This document shows, piece after piece, positions 1 to 9,661 of a stretch of DNA of 64,000 bases (position 1 is the stretch's first letter; the number at the start of each line of letters is the position of its first letter). The notes under the pieces are model-generated. The model was not told the origin of the DNA, did not search any database, and worked only from the letters and a program-made list of their open reading frames with translations. Location of the stretch: IMG/VR virus record IMGVR_UViG_3300023174_005626, positions 1 through 64,000 of that record. The stretch is one strand, 5' to 3'. Source of the DNA: a virus. Taxonomy: Duplodnaviria > Caudoviricetes. A program made the translations under genes and the position numbers.

Positions 1-2080
1 CGGCACCATTGCCAGGGATTGTTGCAACTGTTATTTGATTTGTTAACTGATTTATGGTAACTGAACCAATACCAGGAATTCTTAACAATAAATTTCTAAC
101 CTTGGCATAATATAAATTATCACTTGGTGCGTCATTTAATGATGTTGTGGTATAAAAAGGAGTAGTTGCACTATATCCTGCAGGGTTCATAGAAACTGTA
201 ACAGAATATGTAGCATTTATTAAATTACAATTTGTATTTCCTGAAGTTAAATCAGCGTACCCTTCATTTAACATTTGTAATAAACCAAATTTTACAGGAG
301 AATTAACATTAAACATTTCTGAACCCATAACATAAGTCTGATAAGAAACATAATTTGTTGTACATTCAATTGTTGTGCTCCTATTTTGACTACATCCGTC
401 ATAATCTGTAATAATAACACTGTAAGTACCCGCAGTTAATCCTGTAACTTGAATTTGTTGTGGGTTATTTGGAACATTGTTTGACCAATTATACGTAAAC
501 GGTGGATTTCCTGTTGAGATAAAGGCAGTTATTGTTCCGTTACTTCCACTACCACACGATGTACTATATAATGAGAAGTCTAAAGGTTGACTTGTTGGAA
601 CATAAACGTTTGAAGTTTGAACACATCCTGATGCATCAGTCACTGTAACAATGTGAGGACCAGGATTTATGTTTGTAAAAGTTACTGCCGTTAATGTTGT
701 ATCAATAATTTTATAAACATCATCTACAGAGTAATCAATTGGTAATGTTGCCCCTGTTGTAGTTGATATTAAAATTTGTCCGTTACTTTGACCACAAGTA
801 GTTGATGTTACTGAGGTAGAAATTGTGAATTTATTTTCCGCAATTATTATAACATCTTGGCTGTAAGTACAAGCTGAAAAATCACTAACAATTACCGTAT
901 AATCACCTGATGATAAATTTGAAAAAATCTGATTGGTTTGTTCCGTTATTAAAGTGTCTTGTATCGCGTCAGGATAAACTAACGTATATGTGTATGGTGC
1001 AGTACCTCCCACTAAACTAATTGTTATTAAACCATTATTACTTGAACAACTTGAACTTTCTCCAACAACACTAATTTGTGAGATTCCCTGAGGTGTTTGT
1101 AAGGTTGCAGTTGCTAAGGCAGAACATAAACCTGAATCAGTGACCAAGACTTGATAACTACCTGAAGATAAACCATCTAAAGAAAAACTTGTTGAATAAG
1201 ATACCAAAACATCCCCTGTTGAAGCCGAATAATAAAATGGTGATGTTCCTCCCGTAACTGTTACTGTTAAAGAACCATTACTTGAAAAACAAGTTGGCGA
1301 TACTCCTGAAACCGAACCAATACCGATTGGTGATACAACCTGAACCAATCCTGTTTGAGATTGTACACAACCATATGAATCAGTGACTGTAACCGAATAA
1401 CTTCCTTGAGTTAATCCTGTAATAAAACTTGTTGTGGCGCTGTTACTCCAAAGATACGTATATGGTCCAGAACCCGTTTGTCCTGTTACATAAATTTTAC
1501 CGTTAGGTATGTTAGCACAAGTTGAATTAGGGACAACATACAATCCAAACTGAAGTTGACTTGATTCACTAACTATAAAATTTTGGCTTTTACCAGTACA
1601 TCCACCTAAATCTAACACTGTTGCGTAATAAGTGCCAGCGCTTAAACTTCCTATTGTAACTGTAGATTGATTCGTTGTAACCGCAGATGTTATATACATA
1701 CCATTACCTGAGTAAACGTAAAAATTTGTTGAGGAATATAAACTTGACGAACCTAAAACTACTGACCCGTTGTTTAATCCACAAGTAGTATTTTGTACAG
1801 ATACAATATTAGAACAAACCCCACTTGAAACGGGTACATTTATATAAAACTGATTGTTTGTTGGTAATGTACTATCGTTTAATCTAACAGAGTAAGTTCC
1901 GAATGCTAATCCTGTTCTAACTGAAGGAGTATCAGTGACAACATCCGCTGGCGGTAAACTTGGAGTGTTCCATTCTACGGTATATGGCGGTGTTCCACCA
2001 TAAGGTAGAATACTAACAATACCCGAACTATTTTGGGAACAATCACCCGTAACATTTACCAAATAATTAAATGATGCCAT
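1..2080 (-). CDS. SprB-repeat adhesin-like virion/tail-fibre protein (partial, runs off the left edge; missing from the ORF track)
   Basis: ATG at 2080-2078 overlaps the TAA of the upstream gene (TAATG). Manual translation MASFNYLVNVTGDCSQNSSG... stays open to position 1. About 7 repeats of C-x3/4-NG...GGTxPYTY...GL(S/T)xG(T/S)YxVxVTDxxGC, e.g. LTQGSYSVTVTDSYGC and LTAGTYSVIITDYDGC. Confidence 0.85.
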   Translation of the reverse strand, partial: MASFNYLVNVTGDCSQNSSGIVSILPYGGTPPYTVEWNTPSLPPADVVTDTPSVRTGLAFGTYSVRLNDSTLPTNNQFYINVPVSSGVCSNIVSVQNTTCGLNNGSVVLGSSSLYSSTNFYVYSGNGMYITSAVTTNQSTVTIGSLSAGTYYATVLDLGGCTGKSQNFIVSESSQLQFGLYVVPNSTCANIPNGKIYVTGQTGSGPYTYLWSNSATTSFITGLTQGSYSVTVTDSYGCVQSQTGLVQVVSPIGIGSVSGVSPTCFSSNGSLTVTVTGGTSPFYYSASTGDVLVSYSTSFSLDGLSSGSYQVLVTDSGLCSALATATLQTPQGISQISVVGESSSCSSNNGLITISLVGGTAPYTYTLVYPDAIQDTLITEQTNQIFSNLSSGDYTVIVSDFSACTYSQDVIIIAENKFTISTSVTSTTCGQSNGQILISTTTGATLPIDYSVDDVYKIIDTTLTAVTFTNINPGPHIVTVTDASGCVQTSNVYVPTSQPLDFSLYSTSCGSGSNGTITAFISTGNPPFTYNWSNNVPNNPQQIQVTGLTAGTYSVIITDYDGCSQNRSTTIECTTNYVSYQTYVMGSEMFNVNSPVKFGLLQMLNEGYADLTSGNTNCNLINATYSVTVSMNPAGYSATTPFYTTTSLNDAPSDNLYYAKVRNLLLRIPGIGSVTINQLTNQITVATIPGNGA

Positions 2081-5000
2081 TAGTTACAATTAATACTTAT
2101 ATTTATTCCTACGTTTAATGAAACTATCTCTTCTAAGTTTCTTGTCTCACATGTTAAACTCGTTATCGTTAAATTATTACCGTTGAGGAAATAAGTGAAC
2201 CCATAATCATAAAGATTAGGTAGATATTGAATTAACGCATTTCTCCACATTTGATTTGTAGGTACATCATTATACCCATAACCATTATAGAAGTTTTCAA
2301 ATATAATAGTATCTCCACCTATTTTTAAGTCAACAAACCATTGTGTTTGTGTTGAACTTTGTATACAATCATTTAGGGTCAAATTATTTGTGGCTAAGAA
2401 ACTATTAACTCTGTTTGCCAAAATACTACTGAAGTTACTAACATTAACGTCACCGTTTAACCATGGGTAGATATAGTAGTCAACGTATTCAGCAGCACAT
2501 GTAAAATCAAATATGTTTGAAATGATATAACAAGGTTCAACAGGTACTGGTATAAATTCACACCCTCTTTGTCTTCTATAAACAAACTTTTGTTTTTGGA
2601 AGATTGAGTTTTCCATTCTAACCCCTGTATTCCATATTGTTGTTGCGGGAATCATTTGTTCAATCAATTTCATCCAATAAGGACCAATGCCATTTACATA
2701 ATCAATTAACTTTTGATATGTGTATTTGTTGTTGGGAGGAATATTAACAGTCGCACCAGTACCTTGTTCAATATACTTCCACCAAATAGATTGGAGTGTT
2801 GGATATCCTCCTGTTTTACCATCTGAAATATATTGTCTGTTTCTAACATTAATCATATTCTCCCAAAATGTTTGGTAGAATTCAAAGAACGTTTTTTGTT
2901 TTGGCTTAGGGTCAACATAAGTCCAATCCACACCACCTGGGACGGGATATCCGACAGTTAAACCTGATTCGGGTATAGGATAGTCATTTCTTACAGATTG
3001 AACCCATACATCGTAGGCCATACCTTGTGATGGATTTAAGAATAAATCTACATTCTTAACATTCAATACTAATTTCTCATTATCAACAAAATAATAAGCA
3101 TCGTAGTCACCATCAACTGCGACTCTAATTTTATTGTCTTCCTCTAACCATGACTTTTTATTATCCGTTACTTTTTGTAATTTGAATCCTTCTGTCATGT
3201 ACGGGAAACTTCTAAATCTATTAAGATAAGGTTGTCCGTAAGTGAATGGTTGTAATTGTGTTTGTATTGAATAGTTTTGTCCCGTATAAACATCTCCATT
3301 TAATACAACTTGGTCAGGACTTCTATGTTGTGGCGTTTGTTCATACCAACCCGCACCAAGTTGGAAAAAATAAGTCTCAGTATTAATTGGAGCTTTTGGA
3401 AATCCTAACGCATCAATAGGATAATCCACAAGTCTAATTGATACATCTGAGTATGTGTCTGTTGATGTGAAAGCAGTGTAAGTTACTCCTTTAATTTTGT
3501 AAGTAACCCCAGCATCATAACTTGGTGATGTCTGAACATATGTTCCGCCTGATATCTGAGCCCACTGATTGTAAAAAGAATCCATATTTATCTTTTGGTC
3601 TGCAAGATAAATGTGTTCATTATATTCAACTAACGATTCAGGAGCGCCAATTAATCTCAATAAAAATTCAACGGACCTTCTTGTACCTTTTGATTTGAAA
3701 AGGTAAGACGCATTCATAATTAAATTTCTATAATAGGCGTAGTTTAATTCTGTTGGTGTTTGGGCTCTGGCATAACCAGGATATGTTGGCGTTTGTGTGT
3801 TTCCAAAAACTGAACTTAAAAAATCCTCATTTGTTATTGGTGAGAAATTTGAAGACCATCCTAATGTTTGCGCTAAATTAACTAATAATTGAGAAGGTAT
3901 GTCATTCTCAGGGTTATAATTAACAGAATTCATGTACGCTAGCGAATCAATGAATTGTTTGATTTGGTCAAAACTTCTACCGTAGATTTGTAAAATCTTT
4001 TCAACTTTTTGATTCAAGGTATCAAACTCTCTGAAAGAATCTGTAACTAAAAATCTTGAAATTAAATTTGTTTTAAATGAATCTAAATTAACAGCTATTG
4101 CTTCTAATTGAGATAAGTAATCATCAAATAAGAATGACCTAATATCTAAATTCCACGGTCCGTCTTTTGGCCAAGTAACTTGTTGATAATTGGTGTAAAA
4201 CTCTCCATTTTCTGCTTGGGCTGGAACTTGGAATGTTGCGGTATATTCAGGTCTAACTAATCTGTTTAAAATAAATTTCTCAACCTCATCAAAATCTTCA
4301 GCAAAAACTTTATCCGCAATATAATCGTTAGGTCTTATCTGAAAGTTCTCATAAATTGTTGTTGCAGTTGTACCAAAAGGAGCACCTGAAACATAGAACT
4401 CCATGTAACCTGAACTTAAAGTTTCAGAAGGTAAAAATGACACAACTTTATATATGTCATATGGGTTTTCAGTATTTCCTGTATTAATAATTGCAACACA
4501 ATAATCTAAATAAGTGTTATATAAGTTTCTATATCTTGAAACCTCAAGTTCACGAACATTTAAATTAGTCGCCGCACTTACAGAGTAATCAATATCAAAC
4601 GGGTTATTAATTCTGTCAACATAAACTTTGAAATAAGTTTCGTCCATAACCGAATCATAACTAATGTCCTGAGCAGTTGCTCCTGTTTCAAATGTTAAAT
4701 TTGAAAATTGAACATCCAAAGAAGCTGGAAAATAGTTAATGATTTTAGTAATTGAAACTTGAAATCTTTTAGACAATGAACCATACATTGAGAAATTCAA
4801 AACTTGAGAAACATCATAGTTTGGATAAACTCTAAACTGTGTCGCAAGAATACTTCTACTTTGGGTTAAATCCTCAATATCTAAATCAGCTAAACTAATT
4901 GGTTCTGAAAAAGCACCGACATTAAATGTTCTATTAACCTTTTCAACAACTGAAGTGGTAAATTCAAAGTTACCTTGCGTAAGACCTCCTCCCTCAACAG

Positions 5001-5094
5001 TTTGTAATCCTACAATGTTGTCTGAAAAGGTTGCCGCACCACTTCCTGGTCTTGGCGGATAAAAATATTTTGTCGTCTTTATCGTTGTTGCCAT
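2080..5094 (-). CDS. Baseplate wedge protein (P2 gpI / T4 gp7-like domain)
   Basis: 1004 aa. The segment LVNLAQTLGW...YLFKSKGTRRSVEFLLRLIG resembles the gpI-type wedge signature; baseplate context. Confidence 0.65.
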   Translation of the reverse strand: MATTIKTTKYFYPPRPGSGAATFSDNIVGLQTVEGGGLTQGNFEFTTSVVEKVNRTFNVGAFSEPISLADLDIEDLTQSRSILATQFRVYPNYDVSQVLNFSMYGSLSKRFQVSITKIINYFPASLDVQFSNLTFETGATAQDISYDSVMDETYFKVYVDRINNPFDIDYSVSAATNLNVRELEVSRYRNLYNTYLDYCVAIINTGNTENPYDIYKVVSFLPSETLSSGYMEFYVSGAPFGTTATTIYENFQIRPNDYIADKVFAEDFDEVEKFILNRLVRPEYTATFQVPAQAENGEFYTNYQQVTWPKDGPWNLDIRSFLFDDYLSQLEAIAVNLDSFKTNLISRFLVTDSFREFDTLNQKVEKILQIYGRSFDQIKQFIDSLAYMNSVNYNPENDIPSQLLVNLAQTLGWSSNFSPITNEDFLSSVFGNTQTPTYPGYARAQTPTELNYAYYRNLIMNASYLFKSKGTRRSVEFLLRLIGAPESLVEYNEHIYLADQKINMDSFYNQWAQISGGTYVQTSPSYDAGVTYKIKGVTYTAFTSTDTYSDVSIRLVDYPIDALGFPKAPINTETYFFQLGAGWYEQTPQHRSPDQVVLNGDVYTGQNYSIQTQLQPFTYGQPYLNRFRSFPYMTEGFKLQKVTDNKKSWLEEDNKIRVAVDGDYDAYYFVDNEKLVLNVKNVDLFLNPSQGMAYDVWVQSVRNDYPIPESGLTVGYPVPGGVDWTYVDPKPKQKTFFEFYQTFWENMINVRNRQYISDGKTGGYPTLQSIWWKYIEQGTGATVNIPPNNKYTYQKLIDYVNGIGPYWMKLIEQMIPATTIWNTGVRMENSIFQKQKFVYRRQRGCEFIPVPVEPCYIISNIFDFTCAAEYVDYYIYPWLNGDVNVSNFSSILANRVNSFLATNNLTLNDCIQSSTQTQWFVDLKIGGDTIIFENFYNGYGYNDVPTNQMWRNALIQYLPNLYDYGFTYFLNGNNLTITSLTCETRNLEEIVSLNVGINISINCN

Positions 5095-6002
5095 TAGCTA
5101 GTTATTGATGTGAAATTTTTACTGAAATCAATATTATTACCCCTACTTTGTCTAACCTCATAAAGTAATGCATTAAATTGGTCTCTAATTTCGTATAAGT
5201 TGTATTGTCTGTATATGTTATTTTGACTATCGTAAATTGTGTAAATACCATCATCAATAGACTTGGTCTGATTACCGTAAAGAGCAATTGCAAGAGATGA
5301 GATGTCGTACTCAACCATTTCAATTTCAATTGTTACAGGATTAAAAAAAGTATTTGTAATTATAATATCTTGGTCAGGTTGTCCTATGAAAGGTGTTGCG
5401 TTTGGTTTGTTTGTTGGTGAAGATGAAGGTGATAAAGTTAAAAACAATAAGTTTGAGTTTCCATCAACGTACCTATATCTTATCGCTTTTTGAGAAGTGT
5501 TAACTTCATTAGTAACAACTGGCTCACAAAAGAAACATGAAGTAACAACTCTAAAGAAATTAGGTATTTTAGAACCATCGGGATTTAAATATTCTATTCT
5601 AAATCCAACCAACCCTTGAGCAACAAACTTATTAATGTATTGTGTAGGTACATTAGCAAGATTTATTACAATTCCTTTTACATTCGGTAATGCACTTAAA
5701 ACACCACAATCAGTTATACTTGTTCTAATTTGAACAGGTCTCATATAAAGAGTGTATATTCCTAAGGCGTTAAACTGACTTGCAGGTAATGTTAAGTTAT
5801 ATAATCCACCCAAAACCTCAACTCCTGCATTACCCCCTGTTTCACTATTATTGAAATAAGGTCTTAATATTGTTTGGGCATCTAATTTAGTTAGGACAAA
5901 AGAATCGGTAACGTCTCTGGTTGCCGTATAATTCATGATAATTTCAACATCCGATGGTGAAACATCACTTGGTCTTATTGTGCCGTATGAACCTATTGCC
6001 AT
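5094..6002 (-). CDS. Putative virion structural protein (baseplate region)
   Basis: 302-aa beta-rich ORF with a TAATG overlap to the next gene, preceded by the TATTTAT motif. Confidence 0.55.
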   Translation of the reverse strand: MAIGSYGTIRPSDVSPSDVEIIMNYTATRDVTDSFVLTKLDAQTILRPYFNNSETGGNAGVEVLGGLYNLTLPASQFNALGIYTLYMRPVQIRTSITDCGVLSALPNVKGIVINLANVPTQYINKFVAQGLVGFRIEYLNPDGSKIPNFFRVVTSCFFCEPVVTNEVNTSQKAIRYRYVDGNSNLLFLTLSPSSSPTNKPNATPFIGQPDQDIIITNTFFNPVTIEIEMVEYDISSLAIALYGNQTKSIDDGIYTIYDSQNNIYRQYNLYEIRDQFNALLYEVRQSRGNNIDFSKNFTSITS

Positions 6003-6043
6003 TTGTTTTTATTTTTTTATAAATAGTTTAGTTATTTTTTTCA

Positions 6044-7135
6044 TTAGCTCATTTTTTTATCAACCACATTAAAAAATCCATATCCGTAGTTAATTAAATC
6101 TCCGAGGTTATCCACTTCTCCAAGTCTTTGTACTCTTTCATAAGCACTATTTTTTCCCCTTTCTACAAAAACATTTGTTTGAATCTCTGGTTGACCAACA
6201 ACCTTTAATAACACTTCGTCTTTAGTTATTGGAACCGCAGTTATATTATATTCAGTAAGTCCTGATGATTGTTGGAAATAAATGCTTGTCCCATCAATAT
6301 AATCATAGTAATCAGTTCCATTAATTGTATAGGCAGTGTAAACTGGATTTATGTCGGATATTGCCCCCCATATTTGTCCGTTACTAATAACAGGAACTCC
6401 AACTTGATACTGTGGTGTTCCGTATAGTGCAAGTTCAGTAATTCTTGATTTAGTCAAACCTGAAACAACAAAAGGAACGGAAACATAATTAAATGATTCT
6501 TGTGGTGTCACTTCATTAACCGCATCCCCTGAAAAGATATAATTGTAAGAAACTGGTGTTCCAACCCAATTACCATAAGAAGGCGCAAAAAAGGCTTCTC
6601 CTTTTGGATTGTAATCAATTACATTTGCATAAGGTGTTGTTATTGTTTTTTCAACTCTTGTAACACCCCAAGGATTAACTTGTTCCATCGTAATAGTATA
6701 TTGTGTGTTGGCAACAGGATATGTATGAACTATTGAATTTGGAGCATATGTCGTAATGATTTGTTTAGGTGAACCATCTCCCCAATCAATCGTGTATTTT
6801 GATAACTCTAAAAACTTTTGAAACTCACTTGAAGTATTATACACATAATAAGTGTAAGGACTTCCTGTTGTTGCAGAAAAGATAAAATTAGCTACCACAT
6901 CTTTTTGTAATACCGCACCATCAAATTGTGTGTAATAACCCGCATCAACTGCACTTTGTCTTAATAAAACGGGGAAAGACAATTGAGTCATCAATGATGA
7001 ACCTCCAGGTCCTGAACTAACTACTTGAGTCATTGCGGAATAAACCCCTACAGGTGTTCCACTATAATCAACAACTGATAAATCACTTATTATGTTTTCA
7101 GGTGATACTACTATCTTATAATAATCTTGACTCAT
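6044..7135 (-). CDS. PKD/Ig-like domain structural protein
   Basis: 363 aa. YTIDWGDGSP...IVHTY...YTITM is a PKD-like signature. Confidence 0.6.
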   Translation of the reverse strand: MSQDYYKIVVSPENIISDLSVVDYSGTPVGVYSAMTQVVSSGPGGSSLMTQLSFPVLLRQSAVDAGYYTQFDGAVLQKDVVANFIFSATTGSPYTYYVYNTSSEFQKFLELSKYTIDWGDGSPKQIITTYAPNSIVHTYPVANTQYTITMEQVNPWGVTRVEKTITTPYANVIDYNPKGEAFFAPSYGNWVGTPVSYNYIFSGDAVNEVTPQESFNYVSVPFVVSGLTKSRITELALYGTPQYQVGVPVISNGQIWGAISDINPVYTAYTINGTDYYDYIDGTSIYFQQSSGLTEYNITAVPITKDEVLLKVVGQPEIQTNVFVERGKNSAYERVQRLGEVDNLGDLINYGYGFFNVVDKKMS

Positions 7136-7971
7136 TATTGTGGTGGGTTTACGTATTCAAACCATTTTATGGGTATGTTTGTCCCTAATCTTTGATTTCT
7201 TGTATTAAAAATCTGATAAGTTTGTGTTGGGTAATCTAACTTAACAGTGTAATAAAAGTACTGAGTGTTATCAAAGTTATACTTGGCTTGTCCAATTCCT
7301 GGTATATCTGATTGTGGGCCATTTGTGAAATCTAAAGGGTCAATACCATTACCTGTCATCATCTTTGTAAACTGACCTGTTTTAGCATTAAAGAATTTCG
7401 CCGACATATAAAATGTATCTATCGCTAAAAATTCAAGACTCTTTAACCAATAAATGAAAAACCCTTCTTTATCTCCAATATAATCTAATACAAACTTTGG
7501 TTTTTTAATAGACACTTGAGTTCTTTGCATTTGAGTGTCCATTGTCAATCCTTGTTGTGTTGGAATAATAATTGTTATATAGTTTTTTTGTTTTTTGTCA
7601 TCAGGACTATCATATAGGTCTAACTTAAAAAATGAGTTGGTAAAATTATTTGAATAATAATATATTTCCTGTGGTGTAAATCCTTCTGAAATATAATTTA
7701 TTCTCCAATTTGCAATGTCATCCAAAGAACCGCCTGAATAAAAATAAAATTCATAATTGACTTGTGTCGCATCAGTTGTCCCTGTTGCTGGTGCATGTGA
7801 AAATCTTGAGACCTCAAAGTCACGTCCAATACCAATAACTTCAGTTATTGCCGCCGCTTCATATTCGTCTATCGCCATATCCAAACCAAGATAATCCCAA
7901 GTAAGTTGTACTGGTATATTAATTTGTTTTGCCTCAGGAACGATTCCTTGTTTAATTACAAAATTATTCAC
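7135..7971 (-). CDS. Hypothetical virion structural protein
   Basis: ORF track 7135..7980 (TTG). GTG at 7971, overlapping the end of the upstream gene, is the more likely start. Aromatic/beta-rich; tail operon context. Confidence 0.55.
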   Translation of the reverse strand: MNNFVIKQGIVPEAKQINIPVQLTWDYLGLDMAIDEYEAAAITEVIGIGRDFEVSRFSHAPATGTTDATQVNYEFYFYSGGSLDDIANWRINYISEGFTPQEIYYYSNNFTNSFFKLDLYDSPDDKKQKNYITIIIPTQQGLTMDTQMQRTQVSIKKPKFVLDYIGDKEGFFIYWLKSLEFLAIDTFYMSAKFFNAKTGQFTKMMTGNGIDPLDFTNGPQSDIPGIGQAKYNFDNTQYFYYTVKLDYPTQTYQIFNTRNQRLGTNIPIKWFEYVNPPQ

Positions 7972-9661
7972 ACCTATCAATTAATGGTTTTATCTCTCCG
8001 CTAACAATTCCTTGAAGATTTTCATTTTGATTTGTTCCTTCAGGGATTAAACGGAAAACTATATCAGTAAATGGATATTGAGATTTGTTTAAATACGGAT
8101 AATCAACTCCTCTACCCAAATTGTCTATGAATCCATAAGTATATAAATCTCTCCATCTAAATTGTTGGTCTGACGATGAAAAGAAAGACCAACTTGGCAC
8201 TTGTTCTACAAACGCAACATCACCCGTTTCAACATAATTAGAGAAAACTCTAATTGTCATTGGGTTATGGGATTTATAATAAAAACCTGGTGAGTTTGTA
8301 CTGTAGTTGTTTGTAGTTTGGAATACGTTTTGATTATATTTTATCTTTTGATAATAATTTGAGACAACTCTTTCCGCTTGCTCATAATCATTCCACTCAC
8401 AAAAATCTCCATCAATAATGTCATCCGCTTTTAAATTAAGGTTATAATAAAAAGTTTTAGTTACACCACTTGTTTTGGTATATCCTGAAACAGGAATAGT
8501 TGTATTTGAATCTGTGTTATTTAAATCCCACCATGTGTTCGCAGACTTTGTTATATTGAATTCCCAACCTTGTTTAAGTCCAATATTATTATTAGGTTGA
8601 TTAAAATATCCTGAATACCCTTTGAATATTGCTGTTAAAAATATTTCACTTATAGGTCTTTGTTGATTGTCTTTTAAATTACTAAAATCTAAATCGTAAG
8701 CCGACGTAACATCATAAGCATTACTACTTGTCTTTTGAGAAATTCTTGACATTTTGTTAGGTGTTATTGAACTATATTCAAACTTTTTTTCCTCGGTAAA
8801 AACATTTTTTTCAAAGGCCGCTTTTGTAATAATTAAATCGTCAACATTTGTAAGAACTTTATTTTCTCTTACATAATATTTTGATTTGGTTTCCATGTTT
8901 GCAGGATTAATAACTCTTTTAAAAGTTCCTGTTACACCATTATTAAATGTATTACCAGTATATCCAATATTCATGACATTAAAAACGTATTCTTCGCTAC
9001 CAAAATTACCATTACCCAACCTATACACTTGGAAGATATTTGAATTTCTATAACTTAAGGATAATTCAACATACTCACCTTCAGTAAGTCCATGTGATGC
9101 AACACATTGAAATCTTATTACACCACTTCCGTCATTTGTAGAATTTGAAATGGTGAACGGAATCCCGTCTTTAGCAACCCAATTAATATTATTACCAGTT
9201 TCAGAATAGTATGTTAATTTTTTCTCATAGTTATTATTATATGCGTACGTTAAATAGAAATTCCAATTATAAGTGTAAGCACTTTTGGATTTATAATTGA
9301 TATGCTGGTCATCAACAGGAGGTCTGAAAATATCAAATTCATAATATTGTGGGAACCCTCTCCATATCGAACTTGTCATTGAACCTATCGGATTAACATA
9401 AAACAAGTTATATTGAAACGGTAAGTAATCTGTTGTTCCTGAATAAGTGTTCGCATAAAGATATGTTAGTTTAAATGTTGGTCTATAAACGTCCGTAGCT
9501 TGTCTTTCGTCATCATAAACTTGTGCTAAACTTAAAGTTTGACTTCTATCATATTCAGTTATTTGTTGACTATTTTGGTCTAAAGAAATAGAAATTTTCT
9601 CATCAACAAAAGACGCTGACTTATATAAAAAATTACTCGGTATTATCGTATACTTATTCAC
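7964..9661 (-). CDS. Hypothetical virion structural protein (baseplate region)
   Basis: 565-aa ORF with GTG start, overlapping both neighbours; Asn/Thr/Tyr-rich; CVASHGLTEGEYVEL resembles a small beta domain common in phage tail proteins. Confidence 0.55.
   Translation of the reverse strand: MNKYTIIPSNFLYKSASFVDEKISISLDQNSQQITEYDRSQTLSLAQVYDDERQATDVYRPTFKLTYLYANTYSGTTDYLPFQYNLFYVNPIGSMTSSIWRGFPQYYEFDIFRPPVDDQHINYKSKSAYTYNWNFYLTYAYNNNYEKKLTYYSETGNNINWVAKDGIPFTISNSTNDGSGVIRFQCVASHGLTEGEYVELSLSYRNSNIFQVYRLGNGNFGSEEYVFNVMNIGYTGNTFNNGVTGTFKRVINPANMETKSKYYVRENKVLTNVDDLIITKAAFEKNVFTEEKKFEYSSITPNKMSRISQKTSSNAYDVTSAYDLDFSNLKDNQQRPISEIFLTAIFKGYSGYFNQPNNNIGLKQGWEFNITKSANTWWDLNNTDSNTTIPVSGYTKTSGVTKTFYYNLNLKADDIIDGDFCEWNDYEQAERVVSNYYQKIKYNQNVFQTTNNYSTNSPGFYYKSHNPMTIRVFSNYVETGDVAFVEQVPSWSFFSSSDQQFRWRDLYTYGFIDNLGRGVDYPYLNKSQYPFTDIVFRLIPEGTNQNENLQGIVSGEIKPLIDRCE

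Noticed and set aside
6018-6025. Plus-strand TATAAATA copies read as genuine T4 late promoters firing rightwards
   Set aside because: They would point away from the adjacent gene starts. The motif flips with gene orientation, so the coding-strand TATTTAT reading is more coherent.
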